From: an uncultured Candidatus Rokubacteria bacterium
GTDB taxonomy: Bacteria; Methylomirabilota; Methylomirabilia; Rokubacteriales; CSP1-6
Direction: 5' to 3'
Assembly (NCBI GenBank): GCA_963747235.1
Contig: CAVVEU010000008.1
Span: 707,433-771,432, forward strand
Length of the DNA stretch: 64,000 bases
The translations under genes were made by a program, and so were the position numbers. The notes beneath the pieces were generated by a model, which did not search any database, was not told where the DNA came from, and worked only from the letters and a program-made list of their open reading frames with translations. Within the stretch, counting starts at the first letter, position 1. Each line of letters begins with the position of its first letter. Of this stretch, positions 15,649-26,647 are shown piece after piece.

Positions 15649-16246
15649 ATGAGGAAGGCCCCTATCATTATTCTGACGCTCGTCGTGGTATTCATATCCG
15701 TGGTGGTGGGCGTGCTCATCCACCGGGCACGGACGCCTCGGGCGATTCCCACCGAGGCCGTCCGCCTCGAACGCGGATTACCGGCTCAAGCAGGTGCGCC
15801 TTCAGGAAACGGGTCGGGATGGATCCCGCTGGCAGCTCGATGCCGAGTACTCCGAGACCTTCGAGGAGCAGAACACGACGTCGATGAAGAAGGTGACGAT
15901 CAAGGTGGACCAGCCGTCCAAGAGCGCCACCAGCGCGCGCTCGTGGACGGTCACCGGCGACGAGGGCGACCTGAACCAGGAGACCAAGGACGTGGAGCTG
16001 CGGGGCAACGTGGTCCTGGTCTCGAGCGACGGCCTGCGGCTCGAGACGCAGCGGCTGCGCTGGGACGCCGAAGCGCAGCGCGCGTGGACGACCGAGCCGG
16101 TCGTCATCTACCGATCGGGCACCGTCGTGCGCGGCACCGGCTTCGAGTCGCGCGTCGCCGAGGAGGCCACCAGCATCAAGGGGCGGGTCCGGGCCACGTT
16201 CAAGCGCGGCGCGCCCGCCGAGCCGGTCGCCTCCGGGCGTCCATGA
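15649..16246 (+). CDS. lptC: LPS export protein LptC (+1 frameshift near 15770)
   Basis: N-terminal TM helix; W.L.A, VELRGNV, LETQRLRW, TEPVVI beta-jellyroll motifs; synteny. Confidence 0.85.
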
Positions 16247-16854
16247 ATCGAAGGCTCGCGCTGGCCGCGGTCGTGGTGTGGTCGGCGGTGACGCTGGCGC
16301 CGGCGGCGTGGGCGCAGCCCGTGCCCTCGCGGCCCCGGCCGGCCCGCCCGGCGGCGGCCGCCCAGCCGACCGCGCCCCGGCCGGACGGCGCGGGCCCGAG
16401 CCAGGAGGGGCGCAACGCCCCGGTCACGGTGGACGCCGACCAGCTCGAGAACCTGCAGAAGGAAGGCCTCGTGGTCTTCACCGGCAACGTGGTGGCCAAC
16501 CAGAACAGCTCGACGCAGTACGCGGACCGCATGGAGGTCTACCTCGACGACAAGGGGAACCGCATCGTCCGCACCGTCTCGACCGGCAACGTGCGGATCA
16601 TCACCAAGGATTGCCGCACCGGCACCGCGAAGCGCGCCGAGTACTACGACGCCGAGCAGCGCGTGGTCCTCATCGGCAACGCACGGGTGTGGCGCGACGA
16701 CAACGTGGTGACCGGCGAGCGCATCACGATCTACCTCGCGGAGGACCGCAGCATCGTGGAGGGCGGCCAGCAGGAGCGCGTGAAGGCGGTCTTCTACCCC
16801 AAGAACCAGGACGAGGCGGCCCGCCCGAAGGTGCCGGCGGGCCAGTGCTCATGA
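16243..16854 (+). CDS. lptA: LPS transport periplasmic protein LptA (OstA family)
   Basis: Signal peptide; VTVDADQLE, VFTGNV, GNARVW, VTGERITIY. Confidence 0.9.
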   Translation: MNRRLALAAVVVWSAVTLAPAAWAQPVPSRPRPARPAAAAQPTAPRPDGAGPSQEGRNAPVTVDADQLENLQKEGLVVFTGNVVANQNSSTQYADRMEVYLDDKGNRIVRTVSTGNVRIITKDCRTGTAKRAEYYDAEQRVVLIGNARVWRDDNVVTGERITIYLAEDRSIVEGGQQERVKAVFYPKNQDEAARPKVPAGQCS

Positions 16855-16868
16855 ACACCGATCCGGTC

Positions 16869-16919
16869 GTCCGCGGCTGGGGGAGTGCGGGGGCCATTTC
16901 GGGGTCCCCGCAGCTGAAG
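16869..16919 (+). repeat. Palindromic repeat, copy 2
   Basis: GTCCGCGGCTGGGGGAGTGCGGGGGCCATTTCGGGGTCCCCGCAGCTGAAG; hairpin TGCGGGGGCC/GGTCCCCGCA. Confidence 0.85.
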
Positions 16920-16942
16920 AGCTCTACAGAAGTGAACGGTCG

Positions 16943-16986
16943 CCCGCGGGGAGCGCGCGCGGGCCATTTCGGGGCTCCCGCGTAAG
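16943..16986 (+). repeat. Palindromic repeat, copy 3 (more degenerate)
   Basis: ...GGGGAGCGCGCGCGGGCCATTTCGGGGCTCCCGCGTAAG shares the GGGCCATTTCGGGG core, 70 bp after copy 2. Confidence 0.75.
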
Positions 16987-17709
16987 ATGGAAGGCCTGAT
17001 CGCGCAGGGGCTGCGCAAGCGGTTCCGGAGCCGCGTGGTGGTGAACCGCGTGAGCCTCGACATCCACCCGGGTGAGGTGGTCGGGCTGCTCGGGCCCAAC
17101 GGCGCGGGCAAGACCACGTCGTTCTACATGATCGTGGGCCTCCTGCGCCCCGACGGCGGGCGCATCTTCCTCGAGGGCCAGGACGTCACCGAGCTGCCGA
17201 TGTACAAGCGCTGCCGGCTCGGCATGGGCTACCTACCGCAGGAGTCCTCGGTGTTCCGCAAGCTCACCGTCGAGGAGAACCTGCTCGCGATCCTGGAGAC
17301 GCTCGATCTCTCGCACCAGGAGCGGACGACGCGGCTCGGGGAGCTGCTCGCCGAGCTCGACCTGACCCGCCTCGCCCAGCACAAGGCCTACACCCTGTCG
17401 GGCGGCGAGCGCCGTCGGCTCGAGATCACGCGGGCGCTCGTGACCAGCCCCCGCTACCTGCTGCTCGACGAGCCGTTCACCGGCATCGATCCGATCGCGA
17501 TCGGGGACATCCAGGAGATCGTGGCCCGGCTGAAGGAGCGCGGCATCGGCGTGCTGATCACCGACCACAATGTCCGGGAGACGCTCGCCATCACCGACCG
17601 CGCCTACATCCTCTACGACGGGCGGATTCTCGCCTCCGGCACCGCGACCGAGCTGGCCAACAATTCCAAGGCCCGGGAGATCTACCTGGGCGAGAAGTTC
17701 TCCCTATGA
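16987..17709 (+). CDS. lptB: LPS export ABC ATPase LptB
   Basis: [53 protein letters not shown]. Confidence 0.97.
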   Translation: MEGLIAQGLRKRFRSRVVVNRVSLDIHPGEVVGLLGPNGAGKTTSFYMIVGLLRPDGGRIFLEGQDVTELPMYKRCRLGMGYLPQESSVFRKLTVEENLLAILETLDLSHQERTTRLGELLAELDLTRLAQHKAYTLSGGERRRLEITRALVTSPRYLLLDEPFTGIDPIAIGDIQEIVARLKERGIGVLITDHNVRETLAITDRAYILYDGRILASGTATELANNSKAREIYLGEKFSL

Positions 17710-19179
17710 AATTGCAACAGCGAATGAGCCAGCGGGTCGTCATGACCCCGCTGCTCCAGCAGGCGATCCAGCTCCTGCAGCTCTCCACCCTCGAGCTGGA
17801 GCAGGTGGTGCGCAAGGAGCTCGAGGAGAACCCGCTCCTCGAGGAGGTGCCGGTCGAGAACGCGGAGAACCAGGAGAACCCGGACGCCTCCGCCTCCACC
17901 TCCACCCCGGAGACCGCGCCGACCGCGGAGAGCACCGCGGCGCTCGATACGCCCTCGAAGGAGACGTCCTCGGTCGACAGCGAGAAGGCCGACGATCTGC
18001 CCTTCGACCTGTCCGTCCGCGGTCTTCGACGACCACGGCGACGAGCGGACCCCGGTGTCCATGGAGGAGCGGGACGAGCTGCCCTTCGAGAACCTGGGCC
18101 GCGCCGACGCGTCGCTCGGCGAGCACCTGATGGAGCAGCTCCGGCTCGGCACCGACGACAAGGACGTCCTGCGCATCGGCGAGGCCATCATCGGCAACCT
18201 CGACGAGGACGGCTACCTCCGGGCCGACGTGGGCGAGATCGCGGCGGGCATGGGGGCGAGCCCCGACGCGGTGGAGGCCGCGCTCAAGCTCATCCACGCC
18301 TTCGACCCGCCGGGCGTCGCGGCGCGGAGCGTGCAGGAGTGCCTGCTGCTCCAGCTCACCGCGGACGCGGAGCCCGACCCGGTGTCGGTGGAGATCGTGG
18401 AGCGCCACTTCGAGGATCTGGAGCGGCGGCGGTACGCGGAGATCGCGCGGGCCCTGAAGCTGCCGCTGGAGCGGGTCATGGAGTCGATCGAGGAGATCCA
18501 GAGCCTCGAGCCCAAGCCGGGCCGGCGCTTCTCGATCAACGATTCCCGCTACGTGGTGCCGGACGTCACGATCCAGAAGGTGGGCGACGACTACGTGGTG
18601 ATCCTGAACGAGGAAGGCATCCCGCGCCTGCGGGTCAACTCGCTCTACCGCTCGCTGCTGCGGCGGTCGGGCGACGAGGCCAAGCAGTATGTCGAGCAGA
18701 AGCTGCGCAGCGCGGTGTGGCTGATCAAGAGCGTGGAGCAGCGCCAGCGCACGCTGCGAAAGGTCGCCCAGAGCCTGGTGAACTTCCAGCGCGACTTCCT
18801 CGACAAGGGCCTGACCCACCTGCGGCCGCTCGCCCTGCGCGACGTGGGCGACGACATCAGCATGCACGAGTCCACCATCAGCCGGGTGACCACCAACAAG
18901 TACGTGCAGACGCCGCAGGGCCTCTTCGAGCTCAAGTTCTTCTTCCACAGCGGCATCGCTTCCGACAACGGCTCGATGGTCTCCTCGGTGTCGGTCAAGA
19001 AGACCATCCGTGACATGGTGGCGGGCGAGGACGGGGGCAAGCCCCTCTCCGACCAGGAGATCGCCCAGTCCCTCCAGGGGCAGGGCCTCACCATCGCGCG
19101 CCGCACGGTGGCCAAGTACCGCGAGGAGCTCGGCATCATGCCCTCGCATCAGCGGCGGCTCTCGTCCAAGAAGCGCTGA
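17706..19179 (+). CDS. rpoN: RNA polymerase sigma54 (+1 frameshift near 18017)
   Basis: [35 protein letters not shown], RpoN box [10 protein letters not shown]. Confidence 0.97.
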
Positions 19180-19190
19180 GGCCCCGGGCC

Positions 19191-19496
19191 ATGCAGGTGA
19201 TCATCAGCACCCGCGGGATGACCGTCTCCCGGACCTACAAGGACGAGCTCACCCGCCGGCTCGCCAAGCTCGAGCCGATGCTGCCCGCCCTCGTCGAGAC
19301 GCGCGCCGTCCTCTCGAAGGAAAAGCACCGTCGCACCGCGGCCCTGACCCTGCTCGCGCGGCGCCGGGCCTTCCGCAGCCGGGAGACCGCCCCCGACCTC
19401 GAGGCCGCGGTGGACCGCGCCGTCGACGCGCTGCGCCGCCAGGTGCGCGAGACGAAGGCGCGCCGACCCCGCCGCCCCGCGGTGCGGCCGTCGTGA
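19191..19496 (+). CDS. hpf: Short HPF/RaiA ribosome hibernation factor
   Basis: MQVIISTRG...DLEAAVDRAVDALRRQVR pattern; position after rpoN. Confidence 0.8.
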   Translation: MQVIISTRGMTVSRTYKDELTRRLAKLEPMLPALVETRAVLSKEKHRRTAALTLLARRRAFRSRETAPDLEAAVDRAVDALRRQVRETKARRPRRPAVRPS

Positions 19497-20377
19497 CCGA
19501 GCCCGTCGCGGCCGAGCCGATCCGCTTCGTCATCATCACCGGGCTCTCCGGGGCGGGGAAGAGCTACGCGATCAAGTGCCTCGAGGACCTGAACTACTTC
19601 TGCGTGGACAACCTGCCGACCACGCTGATCCCCACCTTCGCGGAGCTCTGCGCCCAGTCGAGCCGCGGCATCTCGGCCATCGCGCTCGGAGTGGACGTGC
19701 GGGAAGGCGAGTATCTCGCCAGCATGGTGGGCACGCTGGAGGAGCTGCGGACACGGGGCCACCAGGTCGACGTCCTCTTCCTGGAGGCGTCGGACGAGTC
19801 GCTGGTGCGTCGCTACCACGAGACGCGGCGCCGTCACCCGCTCGCGGGCGAGGGCAACGTGCTCGACGGCATCCGGGCCGAGCGCAAGGCCCTGGCCCAT
19901 CTCCGGGAGATCGCCGACCGCATCATCGATACGACCGCGCTCACGGTGCACCAGCTGAAGGACCAGATGATCCAGTCCTACGGCCCGCGGGCGGCCCGGG
20001 GCGGGCTCACCGTCGCGCTGGTCTCGTTCGGCTTCAAGCACGGCGTGCCCTACGACGGCGATCTCGTCTTCGACGTCCGGTTCCTCCCCAACCCGCACTT
20101 CGTCGAGAAGCTGCGGCCCCTGGACGGGCGCGACCGCGCGGTCGAGGAGTTCGTGATGTCGTTCGCGGAGAGCCGGGAGCTCCTCTCGCGGCTCGAGGGA
20201 CTGCTCAAGTTCCTCTTGCCGCTCTACGAGCGCGAAGGGAAGGCCTACCTCACGGTGGCGGTGGGCTGCACGGGCGGGCGGCATCGTTCGGTGATGATCG
20301 TGGAAGCCCTCCGCTCGTTCCTGACCGGTCTCGGCCTGAGTCCGATCGTCAGGCACCGGGACCTGGATCGTGAGTGA
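19493..20377 (+). CDS. rapZ: RapZ/YvcJ-family P-loop protein
   Basis: ITGLSGAGKS, CVDNLP, ETRRRHP, SFGFKHG, DVRFLPNP, GCTGGRHRSV. Confidence 0.95.
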   Translation: MTEPVAAEPIRFVIITGLSGAGKSYAIKCLEDLNYFCVDNLPTTLIPTFAELCAQSSRGISAIALGVDVREGEYLASMVGTLEELRTRGHQVDVLFLEASDESLVRRYHETRRRHPLAGEGNVLDGIRAERKALAHLREIADRIIDTTALTVHQLKDQMIQSYGPRAARGGLTVALVSFGFKHGVPYDGDLVFDVRFLPNPHFVEKLRPLDGRDRAVEEFVMSFAESRELLSRLEGLLKFLLPLYEREGKAYLTVAVGCTGGRHRSVMIVEALRSFLTGLGLSPIVRHRDLDRE

Positions 20378-22482
20378 CGCCCCGCTCCACTTCCTCTTCG
20401 GCATCCACAATCACCAGCCCGTCGGCAACTTCGACGGGGTCGTCGACGACGCGATCCTCCGCGCCTATCACCCGTTCCTGCAGACCATCGCGGAGACCGG
20501 CGCCGGCCTGTCCCTGACCGTCCACTGCTCCGGGGGCCTGCTCGCCATCCTCAAGGAGCGCGCGCGGCCCACCTTCGACCTGCTGGGGCGGCTCGCCGCC
20601 GACGGGCAGGTGGAGCTGCTGACCGGCGGCTTCTACGAGCCGATCCTCGCCCTGCTGCCGGACTGGGACAAGGTCGGGCAGATCCAGGCGCTCACCCAGT
20701 TCATCAAGTCGAGCTTCGGGGTGACCGCGCGAGGCATGTGGCTGGCCGAGCGGATCTGGGAGCCCCAGCTCCCGCGCATCCTGCGCGAGGCGGGGGTGGA
20801 GTTCGTCCTGGTGGATGACTCGCACTTCGCCCTGGCCGGCCTCGACCCGGAGACGCTGGGCGGCTACTACCTCACCGAGGAGCAGGGGGCCTCGGTCGCG
20901 GTGTTCCCGATCAACCAGCGGCTGCGCTATCTCGTGCCCTTCGCGGACCCGGCGGAGAGCGTCCAGTACCTGCAGACCCGCCGCGGGGCCGGCGCGGTGA
21001 CGATGGTGGACGACGGCGAGAAGTTCGGGGTCTGGCCGGGCACCGACCGCCTGGTGTACGGGGAGCGCTGGCTCGCGCGCTTCCTGGACGCGCTGCGCGC
21101 GACCCCGTGGCTGCGCGTCTCCACGTTCTCCCGCTTCCTCGACACCGAGCCCCCGGCCGGGCGCGTCTACCTGCCGACCGCCGCCTACACCGAGATGGGC
21201 GAGTGGGCCCTGCCGCCCGCCGCCGCCGCGGAGCTGCACGACGCGCGCGCCCGCCTGGCCGCGCTGCCCGACGGCGAGCGCCTGTCGCGGCTCCTGCGCG
21301 GCGGCTTCTTCCGGAACTTCCTGATCAAGTACCCGGAGATCGGGGACGCGTACTGGAAGATGATCCGCCTCTCGCGCCGCGTGCACGAGGGCCTCACCGC
21401 GCGCCCGCGCGACCCGCGGCTGCTCGCGGCGCGCGAGCGGCTCTGGCAGGGCCAGGCCAACGACGCCTACTGGCACGGCGTGTTCGGCGGCTGCTATCTC
21501 CCGCACCTCCGCCGCGCGGTGAAGTCGGCCCTGATCGGCTGCGAGCGCCGGCTGGAGGGCCCGGGCAAGCCGCTGGGGCTCGACTGCGTGCGCGCCGACA
21601 TCGACGGCGACGGGATGGACGAGGTGGTCGTGCGCACGCGCTCGCTCGGGCTGACCCTGCGCCCGGCCCGCGGCGGCTCGCTCACCGAGCTGCTCTGGCT
21701 CGGCGGGGAGATGGACGCCGCGGACGTGCTCACCCGGCGCCCGGAGCCCTATCACCGGCAGGTCGCGGAGCGGCCGTCGGAGGCCGGGGCGGACGAGGTG
21801 AAGACGATCCACTCGGCTCCCGCGGTCAAGGAGGCGGGGCTGACCGCGCTGCTCCGCTACGATCGCTTCCGCCGCGCCTCCCTGCTCGACGGGCTGTTCC
21901 CCCCGGAGGGCGAGCTCGATCCCGCTCGATCCGTGGGACGCGGCGCGGCTGGTGGTCGGCGAGCGGCCCCTCGATCACGAGGTGAAGACCTCGCCGCGCG
22001 AGGTGGCGCTGCTGTGCTCGCTCCAGCGTCCCGACGGCCTGCCGCTGGCGATGCAGAAGTCCATCGTGGCCATGGCCGACGACGCCGCGGTGACCGTGAC
22101 CTATCGCCTCCGCTGGGAAGGGGAGGAGGCGCTCGTGGCGCGGTGGGCGGTGCAGTGGAATCTCACGCTCAGCGCGGGCGACGCGCCCGGCCGCTACTAC
22201 CGGGTGGCGGGCCGCCCGTCGCTCGGCAGCCGCGGGCGCATTCCCGCCGTGCACGGCCTCGCCATGGTGGACGAGTGGCTCGGGTGCGAGCTCGCGCTCC
22301 GGTGGGCGAACCCCGCCGACATCGCGTGGGCCCCGGTGGAAACGGTGTCGCTGTCCGAGACCGGCTTCGAGCGCATCTACCAGGGCTCCGCGCTGCTCTT
22401 CGCGTGGCCGTTGAGGCTTCTGCCCGGGCAGACGTGGGAGACGTCGCTGCGCGTCGCGATCGGCGAAATCGTTACCCCTTGA
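20370..22482 (+). CDS. GH57 alpha-amylase/4-alpha-glucanotransferase (+1 frameshift near 21925)
   Basis: HNHQPVGNF, GMWLAERIWEP, DDGEKFGVWP, NDAYWHGVFGG, ETVSLSETGFERIYQG. Confidence 0.93.
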
Positions 22483-22556
22483 GAGGCGACCGCCGGGCGT
22501 GATAGTGTCACGTACCCGTGGTCGATCGAGTCGAGAGCAGAGGGAGGGCAGGGCGG

Positions 22557-23708
22557 ATGGCGCGTGAGGAGTACCTGTTCACGTCGGAGTCGGTGACCGA
22601 AGGGCACCCGGACAAGATCGCCGATCAGGTGTCGGACGCGGTCCTGGACGCGATCCTGACCCAGGATCCGACGGGCCGGGTGGCCTGCGAGACCCTCCTC
22701 ACCACCGGCCTGGTGGTGGTGGCGGGCGAGATCACCACCTCGTGCTACGTGGACATCCCGCGGGTGGCCCGCGAGACCATCCGGGAAGTCGGCTACACGC
22801 GCGCCAAGTACGGCTTCGACTACGAGACGTGCGGGGTCATCACCGCGATCGACGAGCAGTCGGGCGACATCGCGATGGGCGTGGACAAGCTCGGCGCCGG
22901 CGACCAGGGACTCATGTTCGGCTACGCGTGCACCGAGACCGAGGAGCTGATGCCGCTGCCCATCATGCTGGCCCACAAGCTCTGCCAGCGGCTCACCCAC
23001 GTCCGCAAGAGCGGCCAGATCGGCTACCTCCGGCCGGACGGCAAGAGCCAGGTCTCGGTCCGCTACGTCGACGGCAAGCCGGTGGGGGTGGAGACGGTGG
23101 TCATCTCCACGCAGCACGGCCCCGACGCCGGGCTGTCGAAGATCCGCGAGGAGATGATCGAGCAGGTCGTGCTGCCGACCATCCCCAAGCACCTGATCGA
23201 CCCGCAGCGGATCACGTACCACATCAATCCCACCGGCCGCTTCGTCACCGGCGGGCCCATGGGCGACACCGGGCTGACCGGCCGCAAGATCATCGTGGAC
23301 ACCTACGGCGGCTCCTGCCCCCACGGCGGCGGCGCCTTCTCGGGCAAGGACCCGACGAAGGTGGACCGGTCGGCCTGCTACATGGCGCGGCACGTGGCCA
23401 AGAACATCGTGGCCGCGGGGCTGGCGGAGCGCGCGCAGGTGCAGGTGGCCTACGCCATCGGGGTCGCCGATCCGGTCTCGATCATGGTGGAGACCTTCGG
23501 AACCGGGAAGGTGCCCAACTCGAAGCTCGAGCAGATGATCCGGAAGCACTTCGACTTCACCCCCTCCGGGATCATCAAGTACCTGGACCTGCGCCGCCCG
23601 TTCTACCGCAAGACGGCCGCCTACGGGCACTTCGGGCGCAACGAGCCCGAGTTCACGTGGGAGCGGACGAACCGCGCCAAGGATCTTCGCGACGACGCCG
23701 GCGTGTGA
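22557..23708 (+). CDS. metK: S-adenosylmethionine synthetase
   Basis: [34 protein letters not shown]; promoter-like TTGAGA-N18-TAGTGT at 22479-22508. Confidence 0.98.
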   Translation: MAREEYLFTSESVTEGHPDKIADQVSDAVLDAILTQDPTGRVACETLLTTGLVVVAGEITTSCYVDIPRVARETIREVGYTRAKYGFDYETCGVITAIDEQSGDIAMGVDKLGAGDQGLMFGYACTETEELMPLPIMLAHKLCQRLTHVRKSGQIGYLRPDGKSQVSVRYVDGKPVGVETVVISTQHGPDAGLSKIREEMIEQVVLPTIPKHLIDPQRITYHINPTGRFVTGGPMGDTGLTGRKIIVDTYGGSCPHGGGAFSGKDPTKVDRSACYMARHVAKNIVAAGLAERAQVQVAYAIGVADPVSIMVETFGTGKVPNSKLEQMIRKHFDFTPSGIIKYLDLRRPFYRKTAAYGHFGRNEPEFTWERTNRAKDLRDDAGV

Positions 23709-23805
23709 CGCCGGACACGTCGGGAACGCGCGCCTGAGCCGAGCTTCCACCATGTGCGTACCGCTGCGCCAGCTCAACGCCGAGCAGGGGCCCTAGGGGA
23801 CTCCC

Positions 23806-26563
23806 TTGGCGCAGACGCCCCCGGGCGCTCGCGTCACGCCCCTGCGGCGCCCCCGGCTGGGGCTCTGGCTGCTGCTGGGCTTCATCCTGCTCAGCCTCGT
23901 CGGCCAGGCCGTTCCGCTGTACACCGACTGGCTGTGGTTCCAGGAGGTGGGCTTCACCACCGTCTTCACCACGCGCCTGCAGCTCTCCGGCTGGCTCTTC
24001 ATCGGGCTCGCCGCCGTCGTCTTCGTCTTCCTCTTCGTCAACCTGTCGGTGGCCGCGCGCACCGCCCCGCCGGACGTGCTCTGGGAGCTCGAGGACCAGC
24101 TCGGGCTGCCCGGACGCGCGATCCTGGAGCCGCTCGTCCGGCGACTGCTCCTGCCGGTCATCGCGGTCATCGCGTTCTTCGCGGGGGCCCGCGCCACCGG
24201 CGGCGTGGCCCACCGTGCTGGAGTACGTCAACCGGACTCCGTTCAACCAGGCGGATCCGCTCTTCGGCCGCGACCTCGGGTTCTACTTCTTCGTGCTGCC
24301 GTTCTGGCGGCTCCTCTACACGTGGTCCACCGCGCTGGTGGCCGGGACGCTGGTCCTGGTGGCCGCGGTCTACGTGCTGCAGCGCAGCCTCGTGCTCACC
24401 GCGCGGGGGCCGCGTCTCGCCGCGGGGGCCCGGACCCACCTGCTGGGCCTGGCCGCGCTGCTGCTGCTGCTGCGCGGCGTCGGCTTCTGGCTCGACCGCT
24501 TCGATCTGCTCTTCTCGCCCCGTGGCCTGGTGTTCGGCGCTTCCTACACCGACGTGCACGCCTCCCTGCCGGTGCTCCAGTGGCTGGTCGCGCTGGCGGT
24601 GCTCTGCGCGGCGGCCTGCGTGTTCCAGATGTTCCGGCCCGGCTGGCGCTTCCTGGTGGCGGGGCTGGTGGTCCTGGTCGTGCTCTGGGTCGCGGGCCTC
24701 GGCATCGCCCCCGCGCTGCTCCAGAGCTACCGGGTCAAGCCCAACGAGCTGGTCTACGAGCGGCCCTACATCGAGAACAATATCCGGATGACCCGGCAGG
24801 CCTATGCCCTCGACAAGGTCGCGGAGAAGGACTTCGCGGCCGAGGACAATCTGACGCCGGCCGCGCTCGAGCGGAACAACCTCACGATCAAGAACATCCG
24901 GCTCTGGGACCACCGGCCGCTGCTCACCACCTACGGCAAGCTGCAGGAGATCCGGACCTACTACAAGTTCCGGGACGTGGACGTGGGGCGCTACACGCTG
25001 AACGGCGAGTACCGCCAGGTGACCCTGTCCGCGCGCGAGCTGTCCTACCGCGACCTGCCGAGCCGGGGCTGGATCAACGAGCACCTGACCTACACCCACG
25101 GGTTCGGGCTCGTGGCGGGGCCGGTCAACCGGATCAGCCCGGAGGGATTGCCCGAGTTCTTCATCAAGGACATTCCGCCCGCGGTGCTGGGCGGCATGCC
25201 CAAGATCACCCGGCCGGAGATCTACTACGGCGAGATCGGCAACGAGTACGTCCTCGTGCGCACGCGCTCGCAGGAGCTGGACTATCCCTCGGGTGACCAG
25301 AACGTCTACACCCGCTACGAGGGGCGGGGCGGCATCCCGATCAACTCGCTCGCTCGCAAGGCGGCCTTCGCGGCGCGCTTCGGCGCGCTGAACCTGCTGT
25401 TGTCGAACGATCTCACGCCCGAGAGCCGCGTGATGATCTACCGCGACATCGGGGCGCGCGTGCAGGAGGCGGCGCCCTTCCTCAAGTTCGACCGTGATCC
25501 GTACCTGGTCATCGCGGGCGACGGTCACCTCGTGTGGATGATCGACGGCTACACCACCAGCGATCGCTACCCCTACGCGACGCCGGTGCGGGGCTACAAC
25601 TACATCCGCAACTCGGTCAAGGCGACGGTGGACACCTTCCACGGCACCGTGACCTACTACATCGCCGACCCCGAGGACCCGATCATCCGCACCTACGCGA
25701 AGGCGTTCCCGGGCCTGCTCAAGCCCCTGGCCGACATGCCCAAGGACCTGCAGGCGCACATCCGCTACCCGGAGGATCTCTTCGCGGTGCAGGCGCGGAT
25801 GTTCGCGACCTATCACATGCAGGATCCCCAGGTCTTCTACAACAAGGAGGACCTCTGGGTCATCCCGCGGCTGCCGCAGGAGGGGCGCGACCGCGAGATG
25901 GAGCCGTACTTCATGATCATGCGGCTGCCCGGCGAGACCAAGGAGGAGTTCGTCCTGCTCTCGGGCTTCAACCCGAGCGGCCGCGACAACATGATCGCGC
26001 TGATGGTGGCCCGCATGGATCCGCCCCGGTACGGCGGTCTGATCGCCTACCAGTTCCCGAAGCAGAAGCTCGTCTTCGGGCCCCGGAACATCCAGGCGCG
26101 GATCAACCAGGACCCGGTCATCTCCCAGCAGATCGCGCTCTGGAACCAGCAGGGCTCGCGGGTGATCACGGGCAGCTTGCTCGCCATCCCGATCGACCAG
26201 TCGCTGATCTACGTGCAGCCGCTGTACCTGGCCGCCGCCGAGCAGGGGGCGCTGCCGGAATTGCGCCGCGTGGTCGTCGCCTACGGCAACCAGATCGCGA
26301 TGGAGCCGACGCTCGAGGCGTCGCTCGCGCGGGTCTTCGGCGCCCGCGTGCGCGGGGACGAGCCGGCCACCCGCCCGGCCACCGAGCGTCCCGCTTCCGC
26401 GCCCGGCTCCGCGCCGACCGCGGCCATCAGCGCGGGCGTGCAGCGCGCCTGGGAGGCCTGGCAGCGTGGGCAGGAAGCGCTGCGCAAGGGCGACTGGGCC
26501 ACCTACGGCCAGGAGCAGAAGCGCATCGAGGAAGCCCTCCGCTCCCTCCGCGAAACGCGCTAA
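23806..26563 (+). CDS. UPF0182 family membrane protein (+1 frameshift near 24205)
   Basis: YTDWLWFQEVG, DPLFGRDLGFY, NIRLWD, YTHG, NYIRNSVKATVD, PELRRV. Confidence 0.92.
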
Positions 26564-26569
26564 GTCGTC

Positions 26570-26611
26570 GGCCTCGCGGCGCGAGGCCTGGGGTAGCCTC
26601 GCCTGAGGCGA
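26570..26611. terminator. Hairpins between convergent genes (possible bidirectional terminator)
   Basis: GGCCTCGC-GGC-GCGAGGCC and TCGCC-TGA-GGCGA; no clear U-tract. Confidence 0.4.
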
Positions 26612-26647
26612 TCACGGGAAATGTCGGAATGTAAGACCTGACCCCTC

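Noticed and set aside
22483-22556. SAM riboswitch upstream of metK
   Set aside because: The leader after the putative promoter is only about 40 nt and lacks recognisable SAM-I, SAM-II or SAM-SAH cores.
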